Assembly: GCA_964187785.1 (NCBI GenBank)
Contig: OZ076409.1
Location: forward strand, 67,954,001 to 68,018,000
Direction of reading: 5' to 3'
Origin: Amphiscolops sp. MND2022
Lineage: Eukaryota
DNA: 64,000 nt
The notes under the pieces are model-generated. The model worked only from the letters and a program-made list of their open reading frames with translations. It did no database searches and was not told the DNA's origin. Positions within the stretch are counted from its first letter, which is position 1. The number at the start of each line of letters is the position of its first letter. The translations under genes and the position numbers were made by a program. Below are positions 25,086-36,978 of this stretch, piece by piece.

Positions 25086-28000
25086 CTGGACTCTCAAGAG
25101 CATTTCGTCAACCGTTGTTTTGGTTATTGCTCGGAAGGTTCTGTGAATGCTTTCACTATCGACCATGAAGACTTGTGGATTCTCGGAAGTGTCAAACTGT
25201 CGAATATTGTTGAACTTGCAATGAAATATAAGAACCGGAATTTGTAGAAACTTCGATGGCATATCCGTTTCCATTGTGTTTGCATTAATTCTTTTCAAGT
25301 CTCCCATCGACTGTGGTACCATGACAATGAACAGTGATTTGTCTCTATTGTCATCCGTGATGTAAACAGCCCATTCTAGTTGCTCTGGTTCGTCATCTAA
25401 GGTTTTCGTAGGTGCGTTTGGCACAAGCGTTTCCAGGAAAAGATCAGCTGAGATGTGATCAGCGTCTTCCGAACTTGCAAATCTTGCTGCCCAGCTGAAG
25501 ACATCATTTCGAACTTTCTGCAGGTAATTCAGAAGTTTGTTGGAACCAGAGCGCGATAAATAAAATGCTACCCTACCAATATTTTGTTCAAGATTGGCAT
25601 GAAGCGATTGAATTAACAATTCATTAGAATTATAAGTGTCTAAATCAGTATCAAGTTTCCCATTGCTTTTTGTTTGGTCGATCTCTTCAAACAATTGCCA
25701 AGAAAACGTGTAAAGCTGGCTTGCTTCAAGCAAGTTCAGAGCGTCGAAGTTGTAATCTATGGACACGATTCGCCCCTCGACTCTTTCATCGAGATTTTCA
25801 GAAAAACTTTTCTTCAGCTTCGGTTTGGGAAGTTTGAGGTCATTTATATCGACATCGTCATTTGCTGTGAGCTCGTAGCACATCAAAAAGGTCAGAACTT
25901 CGTTGAAAAGTTTGGAATCTTTCCGCTCTAGTTTCTCAATCAAAACATTATAGGAACAAAATACTTCTTGTCCAAACAAAGATGAACAGTCGATTGCTCC
26001 TTCATGGTGTTCAATCCAGGCTTCCACTGCTAGAAGAACCCGTTTGCTTTTTCTGCAAACTCTTGGTTTGAAGCAAACATATTGTACCAAAACCTTGCTA
26101 TCAACATTTATTCTCTTCAAAGATACAGGTAGCTCTTTGACCAAAGAAACAACGCCTTGGTTTCCATACAATATACTGAAACCTTCTCTCAGGCGCGTTT
26201 CCAACACACGATTCATAAGGAGCTCATACATGTTGAGCGAATCGGAAGGAACACTTGATGCAGATAACTGAGAATCATTCTGATAAGCCACTGCAACATT
26301 AGGAAGACACCAGATCCAACGTTTGTGGTAGTAAAAACTACCCAGGGTTGAAAACACGTTTAGCGACAGCTTGTCCTGACAAACATTCACGTCATTCTCC
26401 TCGATTTTGTCCGGAAACAAAATTTCGAAATCTTCCGGACAATTATCATAGCGCATACAAAGTTTTTCGACGGACTTGCTGAATGTTCTCAAGGCAAAAA
26501 CTGGATTCGATTCGCCACCTATACCAGGTACTGCAATATTAGACATACACTCTTCAAACTTCGCAAGAAACTCCTGACAGCTTTCTTCACTGAGAAACAA
26601 AGGAAAAGCTACGTAGACAACGAAGCAATGTGTAAATACAGTTTGGATATCGGGATTGACTCTGATGAGAACCAACTTCTTTTTGTTGTCTTCTCCATCT
26701 ATCACGTACTGAGCATACAGAAAGAGCTCCTGAATAACAACAGTTGAACAACTTCGGAGCGCTTCATGCACTTGCTTCAAAACAACCCTAGACTTTGTCG
26801 CTGCATTGGTCCATGACATGAGAAATAACTGCTCTGAGATTGGATCCGGTTGCATCGTGTAAACAAACTTGTTTACGTTAAACATCTTTTGCCAACTGTT
26901 TAGGTCCAAAGAATATACAAAATTCCAGAAGCCAATATGTTCGTATATATCCATACCCTCGTAGAAATTGGGGACGCTGATTTTATTGCCAGAGGAATCG
27001 AATTGTTGCTTGAAAAACTGCAATCCTTGAACAGCCGGCTCTGGTAAGTTCTCGCTGCTGATGTATTTGACGAAACGCTTAACGTCGTTTCTCAATTTTG
27101 CGTCTGTTGTTTTGTTCACCAAAGCTGCCAATATTTTCATCACTTTCGAATAACTCTCCATTCTGTATTCTGATACCATCCCTTGTGTGCTTATGGAGCA
27201 ATCGCTGTGCGAACAAGTTCCATTTCTGACAAAAAACTCATGAACAAACGTGTACGGACCTTCCAAGTATATCGACACAGAAAACCTGGATGCCTCCCAC
27301 ATTCTATCAGGCTCCGCATTGGTTGCAACAAGAAGGTGCAGTAAACAGTCACCCCTTACAGCCAATGACAACAAAAAACTGTTTTCACCAGAACTAAGTT
27401 CAACAAGATCGTGGGAACTTTGGAAAAATTGGTACCCTTCTCTGAGTTTCACAATTACGTATTCACGAAGACTCGTATCTTCAAAGTCAACCACGGCAAA
27501 TCTTTGCCTGACAAAACCTCCAATGCTGGTTTTGGGAACACTTTGGAACTCATCTTGGAACAAAAAGAGACTGTGGCTTTTCCCTTTATCACTATCTAGT
27601 ATGCCATCATGAACCATCTGATTGGTCTCTCCAGATACTTCATCTACCAATGAGAAAACACAGCCATTGGTGTTGAAAGACATCAACCGAAGCATGCCTT
27701 CATCAACGACAAAACCAAAGTTGTTATATGAAGATTTTCTACCGTAAGGCTCCAATGAAATAAATGAGCAAGATATGTCAAAAGAATAAAAAATTTTCAG
27801 AAGTTCCTCCTGTACAGAAAATGGCAGAGAACATGTCGAATCGCCCATTATGATAACTTTGCGCGAGCAGTCCAGAGGGCACATCAAAGACGCCACGATT
27901 CCTAATCTGAACATCAGGGTGCTCACAACCTGAGAGGAGCGCACACCTAAATCAATTTCAGGAATGAAAAGATTCATTCTCCCAACAAACTTTTGATAAG

Positions 28001-28316
28001 CGTTCAGTATCGCCTGGATGTCTTCATCTTCGACGAGTTCAGCACATTGACACAATGTTTGTCCACTTTCAGCGCTCGTCTGTGAAAAGACGAGAACAAT
28101 TGTGACTAACTTCTTAGATTTTTTAGAAAGCAGAGTCTGCAGTAGATGGTACAATTTGAAACTGAATAATTTGAAAAATAGAAGTTTTCCATTGGACATT
28201 AACGCAGAACATGACAAATCCAGAACTATGCAGATATGGTGAAGCTCATCACAATTTGCCTCAATACTACCACTGAAACATCGGAGCTCAGAGCTAAAAA
28301 TTCTCCTCGATCCCAT
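25086..28316 (-). CDS. SZT2: SZT2, coding exon 1 (3.23 kb)
   Basis: VLDLSCS, EYVIVKLREGY, YLEGPY, RLREGFSILYGNQGVVSLVKELP, VQYVCF and VEAWIEHHEG match recalled SZT2 N-terminal motifs (RLREGY, RLSEGF, EVWVEPQYG). Joined length is ~3,356 aa. Confidence 0.85.
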
Positions 28317-28801
28317 AGTTGATGGATCATTCGATGAGACTGTTCATTCCATGGCCTGAAAAATGAAGCAATCAAAAACGTGCAAGTGGACAAAAATCAA
28401 TTTCTTCAGGGCTCAAAAACGAAAAATTGAAAGCAATGAAAAGTATAACAATTCAACCAATTTTTGGCAAGAAAAATCAATTCATTAAATGAAAATTAGC
28501 ATATACGTATATCTTTTGAGAATAGTATTAGAAACAGAGAACCGTGCGAACAAGAACCATGGTAAAAGCGTCTTTTGAAATGGAATTAGCCAGAGTTGAA
28601 GAATGGGCAGTCAGAAAGATACGCAGAACGTTGCAAGCTGCAGAGCCTCCTTACAGTGTCAATAACGGTCCCCTGAATGAAACAAGCATCAAGTGGAGGA
28701 AAGATTTATAAATTAGGGCATCGTATCATAATTTTTAAAAACATCAAATATAAATTTATCGCAGCAATCACCAAATTAGGATCGTCGAGGTAAGTCACGA
28801 C

Positions 28802-30125
28802 CAGGGCCTGGCAATTAAAAATTGGAAAATAATTTGGGACGAAAAATGTTTCAATTAATGATTGATGAAAATACTTGCCAATCAATAATTGATACCAATA
28901 ATTGCAATAATTGAGTCACATGAAACAGTAAAAAATGAAAACAAAAATCAATCGAAAAAAAAAACAATTACGAAACGATATCAATCAGAAAGAACAGAAA
29001 TAACCGTTTTAACGGTCCAGTACTTTTTGTTCGCCCGAAGGAACAGCTGTTGTTCCAAACGTTCGGGGGTTATATTCTGTCTCAAATCATTCGGAGCATA
29101 GCCTGCAGCACTAAAAAACCTCTCCCCGAAATATTGGATGTCGGAAACAAGAAGCGACAGTTAAGGTATTTCGATTCATCACCCTTTTCCTGCCTCGTTT
29201 GCAGAATTGCATCAGCGAAATCACTCTCTACTATTACCGGAGTTTGGTTTTCTTCGTCATCTTCATGTTTTTTCAATCTTTTACATTGTAAAATTTCGGT
29301 CAAGCTGAGCTCGTTTTCTTTCCCATCAAGAGTTTTTACAACTCCGGCTTCGAAATGCTTATTCTTCACAATACGGGTGTTTTTCCGAGATACTTATTCT
29401 CTGGATCGAGTTTTGGAAACTTTTCGGAATCCAACCAACCATACAAATTTTGAGCTTTTTTGCTCACGATGCCGTAGATTGGGTGAGTCAATGTTGGCTG
29501 ATCAGGTAGATTATTTACAACTGTTTCACTTCTCTGCTGATGTTGCACTTTTATATGAGCATACAAATTGCTCCAACATGTACCTTTTCGCTGCTTCAAA
29601 TTTCGGCCACATTTGCAAAGCTAAGTATCACTTTCATTTTCGAGTGATTTAAAGAATGTTTTACAGATCTCAGCTTGATTTTTCGACATGCTGACCTGAA
29701 ATATACTGAAGAACAATTATTGCAATTATTGAAAGCACACAATCAATAATTGACACAGAGGCAAAGCGGTGCTTCGCAACACATGACGAAGACGAACCAT
29801 GGCGAATGCCGAAAAATCGTATATATTCAATCGCATGCGTATATATTCAACAGTTCAACTTTGTTCAATAACGTCCTTATGGCACAGTGCTCAACACTTA
29901 TGCCGTGCAATCGGGAGGCTGCAGGTTCGAATCTCTCTGGGGTTTTGGCTCTTTTCTAAAAGGTGCTCATTATGAAGTTGACTATTGTGGAAAAAAACTT
30001 ACTTACCTGGACTGCAATGCACATTGACTTCGTCATGTGCAATAATTGAAAAGAATAGTAATTAAATAATTGTTTACCAATTTTTGCAATTATTTGGAAT
30101 ATCAATTTTTAATTGCCAGCCCCTG
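28802..30125 (-). mobile_element. Internally deleted hAT transposon
   Basis: 23-bp TIRs (caggg(c/g)ctggcaattaaaaattg) and 8-bp TSD gtcacgac (28794-28801, 30126-30133). BED-finger-like KQRKGTCWSNLYAHIKVQH and C-terminal FLFPTSN remnants. Confidence 0.9.
29752..30040. mobile_element. HINE-like family B insertion with a tRNA-like segment, nested in the hAT
   Basis: Hairpin gcaaagcggtgcttcgc. IR cacatgacgaag (~29780) / cttcgtcatgtg (~30028). Internal tggcacagtg...GGTTCGAATC at ~29875-29940. Confidence 0.55.
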
Positions 30126-30134
30126 GTCACGACA

Positions 30135-30484
30135 GGGTGGGCGGAAGTAGGTCGAAGGAACGGGATCGAAAATCAGAGTTAGTCCTCAGGTCGACATACC
30201 AAACTTTTCGAATGGGATCGAAACAACTCGGATCGAAATTTTTATAACGTAGTCAGATGTGTTCACATACCCCTAGTGTCCTGAATGCAGGAGCGAAGCG
30301 AAGCGGAGCGACGTGCCATATGGCCATGCCTCAATGTTGCTACTTGGCGAAGGGAGCGAAGCGACCGAGCCATACAACAAATACGATAAAATTCGACCGC
30401 ATTCCATTTGATCCCTGCAATTCGATCAAAAGGTTCGACATCTGTCCTTTCGACCAGAAAAATTCGACCTATTTACAGCCACCC
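30135..30484. mobile_element. Mutator-like MITE (gtcgaa-rich) with 9-bp TSD
   Basis: gtcacgaca|gggtgggcggaagtaggtcgaa ... ttcgacctatttacagccaccc|gtcacgaca. Confidence 0.8.
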
Positions 30485-30859
30485 GTCACGACAACCTTCC
30501 CTTTTCAACAATTGCAGAGTTAGATGATTCGTCAGTTCGACGGCGGGTAGATCGAGACCCTCTAAGGCATATCACGGAACTGCGTGGCAAAGCAAAATTA
30601 ATTTGCGTCGTGATGTATCCTATAACCAGGAATTTCAATTACGATACCAATTAATCGAATCGATTACGATTAATTCCCGTTCAATTACGATTTCGGTTAT
30701 TTGTCCAGAAATATTTTCAATTATTTCAATTATTTCTAATAATTTCAATTATTTACGTTTCAGAAATATGTCAACTTCTGACGCTGAATACGAGACGGAG
30801 GGAGAAGAAGAGGTTCAACAAGTTTCGGTGAAAAACACTGTGTGGTGTCCGATATATAT

Positions 30860-32120
30860 ATATTTTCTAATATCCCCAATTTGCGGGAGGGTGTTCATCG
30901 TATATAAATAGTACAAAGAGAGCATTGAGAGTTGGATAAATTTAAGTTAGGATTTAATGATGAAAACTATACGATTCCTTTTAACTTCGTTGAATGTGAC
31001 ATGTAGTCGACAATGGTATTGCAATCTTCAGGGTCAAGGAGATTCAATGAGTCAATGTCTTAAGGTCTGATGTCTTGGTATAGGCCACATGCCAGAAAGA
31101 AATGTTCTGCAGTCTCTTCACTTCTGCCACAATGACACATCGGAGATTCCGTCTGCCAATTTTTCCAAGCGTAATCGGCTAAAGAGAAAGAATTGCCGAT
31201 CAGCATTTCACAAATTTTGATGGCTTCAAACATTTGAAGGTTGAAAAGGGGCGATATAGTGTTACAAGTTGGTGGGGTTCTGGTGTAACATTTCAGAAAT
31301 GACCTGTTGTCACTATTTTTCCACCTGAGGTTCCAAAGATAGTTAATGAAAAGGTTGACATCTTGCTGTTTATATCTCGTACAATTATGAATTCTCAAAA
31401 ACTTTCCGAATCTGGTAACATGACTCTCGAGGAGGTTAGCAACACTGTCCGGAAAAGATGAAGATGCATCATGGGTCCAATAAAGTAAATCGTCTTCTTG
31501 TTTGAGCTTCAAGAGAAATTTGACGTTGATGGCTGTACTCAGAAGATCAAGAGCCGGCGTTCCTAGCAGAACTTGACATGAGTCGATATTCGGCGAAAAT
31601 CCGTGTCTAAAAACTGTCCTTATGAAATTGTTCTGTACTGCTCTGACGTATTTGAGGTTTTTCTCAAGCCAAATTGGTGCTGCATAAAAAGGTGAGGGTA
31701 AGATAGTGGTTTCGTACAACAGAACTAGCGTTGGGACTGCAAGGCTCCAATTCTATTGCATAACGACTTGATTATCTTCCAATTTCGTTTTGCTCACTCG
31801 ATAGTTTTAGTAGAATGATCCTGGTAGTTGAGCTTGCTATCGATAATTACTCCGAGAGACTTTGTTGTTTTTTTAACTTGACATATATCACCATTGAGGC
31901 ACGGGAGTTCGAAGTCATTCTCTTTGCAATTGAAAAGGATTTATTCAGTTTTTCCTCCGTTCACTAACATCCTCCAATCTGCACACCACTTCTCGATGTC
32001 AGAACAAGTTTTTCAAAGGATGGAAGATATAATTCTGACGGATCCTCGCCTGTGCCAATGAGAGAACTATCGTCTGCAAACTTGAATTTTTGAGCTTGAA
32101 TACTGAAGAAGTCGTATGGG
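30860..32120 (-). mobile_element. 5'-truncated LINE (RT C-terminal half plus CCHC)
   Basis: FKFADDSSL, KSLGVIIDSKLNY, YAAPIW and CHCGRSEETAEHFFLAC; ends near a (TA)n tract. Confidence 0.85.
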
Positions 32121-32889
32121 AAGATGATGAAGCATCCCACAATGTGACATAACAAATGATGACATCCATTACTATAGTAGGTAGCGATTTCTCTTCTGCT
32201 AGTTCTGTATGAATGAGATATTCTGAGGACGTCATCATTGAACATTCTGTTCTTCAGTTGTTTAGTCGGTAGTCTTCTTGGGACTCTAGCCCATCTCCTG
32301 TAGAATATACTCTGTAAGACTTTGATATGCTGTTGCCTGATTGATGTGATTTTTCTTCTGTATACTTCCAGAGAGAGTAGGTTGCCGAAGGGAGTATTAT
32401 GGATTCAAAGAGTGTCTTAGCAGTGCTTAATTGCACTTTTGCTAAATCTATTTTATGGCTAATTTAATCTCACCGATCATTCGACTTATCACTGACAACC
32501 CTGTTGTTACAATCCTATGGCGTCCGTGTTGCTGTCTTGTCCTTTTTGAACAACGAATTTAGTTCATGAAACGATCGACCCGATTAATCATTTAACTGAA
32601 CAACTCACCTGTTTCCAACAAATGTCAGCTTTTCAAAACAGGCTGTATAGGAATGAAGGGGAGACAGGAATTAGGACTAATGAAATAAGACTAATGATCA
32701 AACTGAAATCCTATATATAATGGAGATACTTTTACTTTGTCTCGGCAGGTTTGTTACATAATAGCCGATAGCCGAACAACATTTTGACAGTATATTTTCA
32801 AGAACAATAACACGAAAGATCTTCGAAACATCTTTGAGATCAAAGGTCATCCAAAAATCTTCCATAAAATTCGAGAACACAAAACACAA

Positions 32890-35800
32890 CTTTTTTCCTC
32901 TATCAGATATCATGGATCTTCGTCATCAATCAAGTGCCTTGTGTATCATCATGTTGGGGGAGACAATACACACCCGTGGTCAGAAACGAACGTAGGAAAC
33001 CCCATACTAGCCACTATTCCAGTAGACCAGTAACAAAGAATAACAACCATTAAACTACTCATACCAGCCACTATCGCAGTCGACCGGTAGAAATCTTTTC
33101 AGCTGCAATTATATAGAGGTTTTGTTTTAAAAAAATATATGTAAGAAAATTTCTTCGAAAGCATCTCTGTCGCTCACAGTTCCCAGAACACAGGCCGCAT
33201 TGCCGATCTGAAGCATTGAAATCCGCTGCTCCAAAAAGCTGCCAGCTCGTTGATCGTCGTGCGAAGAACAGAGCATTTTACAGAGACGCGTGATGAAGAT
33301 CAAAGGCGTACACTCCCTCAATTTTACGCGCTTCATCCTCGGTGGCGGTGGTTCCCGCGTTGCATAAAGAGCCTTAATTCAGGCGACTGGGTGCAAGAGC
33401 ATCCACAACCGTGACATCCCACACCAGCTGTTTACCCATTTCCTAATGAATCATGGTAACGCCGTCTGGACGTTTGCCATCGGTTCGGTACAGTCCGCGC
33501 AGTTCGAGCATTGAAGGCAAGTCGAGAGATCCCAACGTCTGCTTTATGAGAGAATTGTGAGTAGCATGACGTGAGAAGCGACCAGCACTCTTGGTGCAAG
33601 AAAGACCGTGTAAACTGTCCCGTTCAACTCTTTCACCATAGTGGCACGTATGCGCAACACAGATGTTGGCTCTGAGACGTAAACCAATTGAAATCCGAAG
33701 CTGCTGATCATCAAGTTTCAGGTCTAGATTCTTGCAAGGAACGACGTTCAGTCATTGAGACCCGAAATTGCCTTGATGAGCGTGAGAAACTTTCGAACGT
33801 TTGACATCCATTCTAGAAATCAAATTTTGGGTGGTTTTGACGTAAACAGGTTTTGCCCCGTTTTCTGACTTCCCTGTTCATTCGTCAAACTCAACCATTT
33901 CTCAAGCGCTTTTTTAAATGAAACAGCTTCGAATGTTTCCGAAAATCTTCGTCAGAAAATACCTCGCATCAAAAGCTGAGGCCAAAAAGGCGGGAAGTGC
34001 AAATAATGATGCGGATCAAACCCCAAGACCACCCATCTCAGCAGGCAGAGCCAGCTGAGTACTCAAAATATCGTCGAAGTTCACGTTACACACTTTGGAA
34101 AGCCCGTCTCGCACGGTTTTGTCATTATTCTCCAAGAGAGAAGGATAATTAAAACATGTACTGGTTCTCAGGAAGTACAACAACTTCGGCAAACTGAAGC
34201 AATTTTTCAACTTAAAAAAACCATAGTGCGCATCTAGTTTTCCAACAATCCCGTTTACTTTTTCCAGTTCATTAATTTTCTTTTCCAATAAGTCTGCTTG
34301 CGACTTCGGGCCGGGCGGTGAACCAAGAATGCGAAATTCATCTTTCTTTGGTGTTTGATCCCGGGGCAAAGTTTTTGGAAAAGTGCTAAACTTGTGAATT
34401 GGCGTTTTTCAGTGAAGTCCTCAAAGAAAAAAATTTCGCATTTCGTGGATTTAATTTTGAGTCCCAGCGTTTTTTCCGCTTCAACTATTTTTTGAGATCT
34501 TTCAAAACAGATCTGTAATCATCACTTAGATTTCCACCGTCAAGGTACCATAAGTTTATTTTCGACTCCAAACTGTCAATCAGATCCTGAATGGAATCCG
34601 AAAATAAAGCTGGAGACTCAGGGTCTCCTTGTTAGGTCCCTTCACAAGATTTGATAACTGAATCGCCGCAAAAAAAAGAAAACTTGGTTGATTCTACGCC
34701 GAGTGTGAGTACTTTTAAACTTCAGGGTGTATTTCAAAAGTTTTCTCTAGCATGAATTATTGGTTTATTGAATTGAAAGCATTTTCAAAGTCAATTTTCA
34801 AAATTACTTTTTTGGGGGCTGGGGGCTTTCTATCAAACAATGAAAAACATGTGAGGCCAATTCAGCGCCCCTTTTTGTACCTACACCTACTTGTCGACTT
34901 CCGTATCTTGCCGGACGTGATTCAAAGACATGGTACCCGGCACAATTTGCGGACAACCGGCGGAAAGTATTGCCTACAACGATAGCACGAAGTCCTCCAG
35001 CGGTCTTTTTTAGCGCAATTAGTTTCGCATCAAAGATGTACCGACGAAGCTCGAAAGGTACTTTTCCTTCGGGAATCACATTCACCAGATTTGTTAAGGC
35101 TCCGAGAAAATTCAGTCCAGTTTGTCCGTTCGACTTAGCAGTCGAATCTTTCCAAATTTGGTGCGAAATGTCATCCAACCCTGCATTAGAGCCGTTGGGG
35201 AAGGACATGAGAGCCGTGTGGACGGAAAACTCCGAGGTTGAAAAACAATTGATATCTCTGGGCTCCGGAACTCAGCAAATTTCTCTCTGCGGATGTTTCA
35301 ACTTGAGGGCAGCGTACTTGTCGACCGTGAAATCTGCAATGTTGCCGTCGCCTACTGCCATTCTGATTCCGGACTTGGCATACCCTTCGTCTAATTTAGT
35401 GCAAAAGGTGCGTTCCGGTTTTTTCTCAACGACACCATCCCAAATACGGTTGTTGAAAATTGCACTGAGTGTTTTTTCCAAAAAAAAACAACTTAGAGAA
35501 GAAAACAGTAAGCACCACAAGGCAATCTTTTTTCGGGGTTTCACAAATATATTAACTTTTGGGTGTCATGTCTTTAGGTAGAGGGATCCGTGAAGTTTTA
35601 GGAACTCTTTTCAAGTGAACAACGCCTGATTTAAAAAGGATGTCTAGTCTAAATTTGTTATCCTGAGACTGAGAGATTGTGTTCACTAACGAGCACCTAC
35701 TACATTTAAACTCGGCAAGGCTCCCGGCCTCCGTTCTTGATATTTTGGCGCTTTTTATATGAACCCATCCTTTGCAAAGCCTACAATTTACCCAATCTAT

Positions 35801-35946
35801 CAACCCTTCAGAGCGTTGCGGGTTTCATGGTTTTACGTCAGAACTCAACCTCGAAACCTAACCAATTGCAGGAATACCACATTTGGGTATGTGCCAATCT
35901 CCACAAAAAAAAGCAATCCGTATATGAAACAAAACCTTGAATTGAT
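32890..35946 (-). mobile_element. CRE-clade (REL-endonuclease) non-LTR retrotransposon, decayed, copy 1
   Basis: PHD-like WVNCRLCKGWVHIK..FKCSRC, GGLRAIVVGNTFRRL, QVGVGTKRGAE, IDFENAFNS, WYLDGG, LPAEMGGLGV and RPDG..WDVTV (REL); 3' UTR ends gatatctgatagaggaaaaa. Confidence 0.85.
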
Positions 35947-36703
35947 TGTAACGGCAAGCGCTGAGCAATTGTATCGTAACATTGGAGTGGAGGAAATGGT
36001 ACCATGTATTTGGCCCGGGACAAACCACCATGATATCAGCTCACTTTGTCCTCCGGAGATTAGTCGGTCCCGAGGAGGGGAAACCGTCTCTAGGGCCGCT
36101 CTCTGGCCCGATACCAGACTGTAACTGCTAAAATTCACAGTAATTGTGCTTTCGTCTCACAACCACCGCGTAAATAGGTCATAAAAACAACAAGGTAGTT
36201 TAGAAATGAAATTCACCAGTGGGGATCTCTGTAAAAGCACAGCACATTTTAGGAGTAGCCCTCGAGCTAAAAGTTAATCGAAAAAATAGGACAATTACTA
36301 CAAAGTCCAGTTTTGGCGAAGTGGGTGGGCTAACGGGCGACATGGCACCAGCGCTCGAGCTAGGCACAACCCCCGGGCACGGGTACTGCAATCAAGCCGT
36401 CATGCTGCTTTCCGGATCAGTCCTGCAAAACAATGATTCAGCAGGCAAACACCGTGGATATAGGCACTTTTGCTGTCTTTTTTGACGTATTCGCGCTTGG
36501 ACACACGTTCTCTTTTTTGTCTCTCTTCGCGGGCCACCTCTTTTGCTGTTTTTCTATGATTTCTACTGACAGGTACTTTGCCGAAACTATGTTCCAGTGC
36601 TTGAAAATGGCGAATGCCGCCTAAAAAATGGCGAGACCACGTCAGTTTTGAACAAATGTTTCAACATTTGCCAAAATTTCGTTGATCATAAGATGACGTT
36701 ACA
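35947..36703 (-). repeat. 3' LTR
   Basis: TGTAAC...GTTACA termini; preceded on the minus strand by the PPT-like aagcccggggagtga; homologous to 54802-55512. Confidence 0.85.
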
Positions 36704-36978
36704 TCACTCCCCGGGCTTCTGGCTTTTCGTCCCCGGCAAGTATTGCAGGACCTTGTTCAGGAACAGGATGCTGCCTATGCTGTAGATACGTCTGGAAACA
36801 AGGACGAGTTCTTGTGAAACAGCGTTGCAAGAAAAGCGCCGTCTTGGATCCTATGAAATACTACCTCAAAACTTCGTCTTTCTACAAAAAAATTGTAACG
36901 GTTTTAGCACCAGTTCGAGAGCTAGGAGTTTTCAGGCGGCTTTTGCCGTTTTCAAGCACCATTGAAGGTGAAAACGTT

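Noticed and set aside
17672..27612. Many short plus-strand ORFs antisense to SZT2 (likewise opposite TRPM and pol)
   Set aside because: Shadow ORFs of long coding frames with no independent motifs.
29050..29652. 200-aa plus-strand ORF
   Set aside because: Antisense shadow of the hAT transposase remnant.
30627..30850. Possible host exon MSTSDAEYETEGEEEVQQ
   Set aside because: Preceded by a cagg-starting, caattacg-repeat end typical of DNA transposons and cut by a LINE; too little evidence to call either way.
32895..32915. cctctatcagatatc resembling U2 snRNA (Utopia-type target)
   Set aside because: Match is short and not colinear with U2; it is the element's own 3' end.
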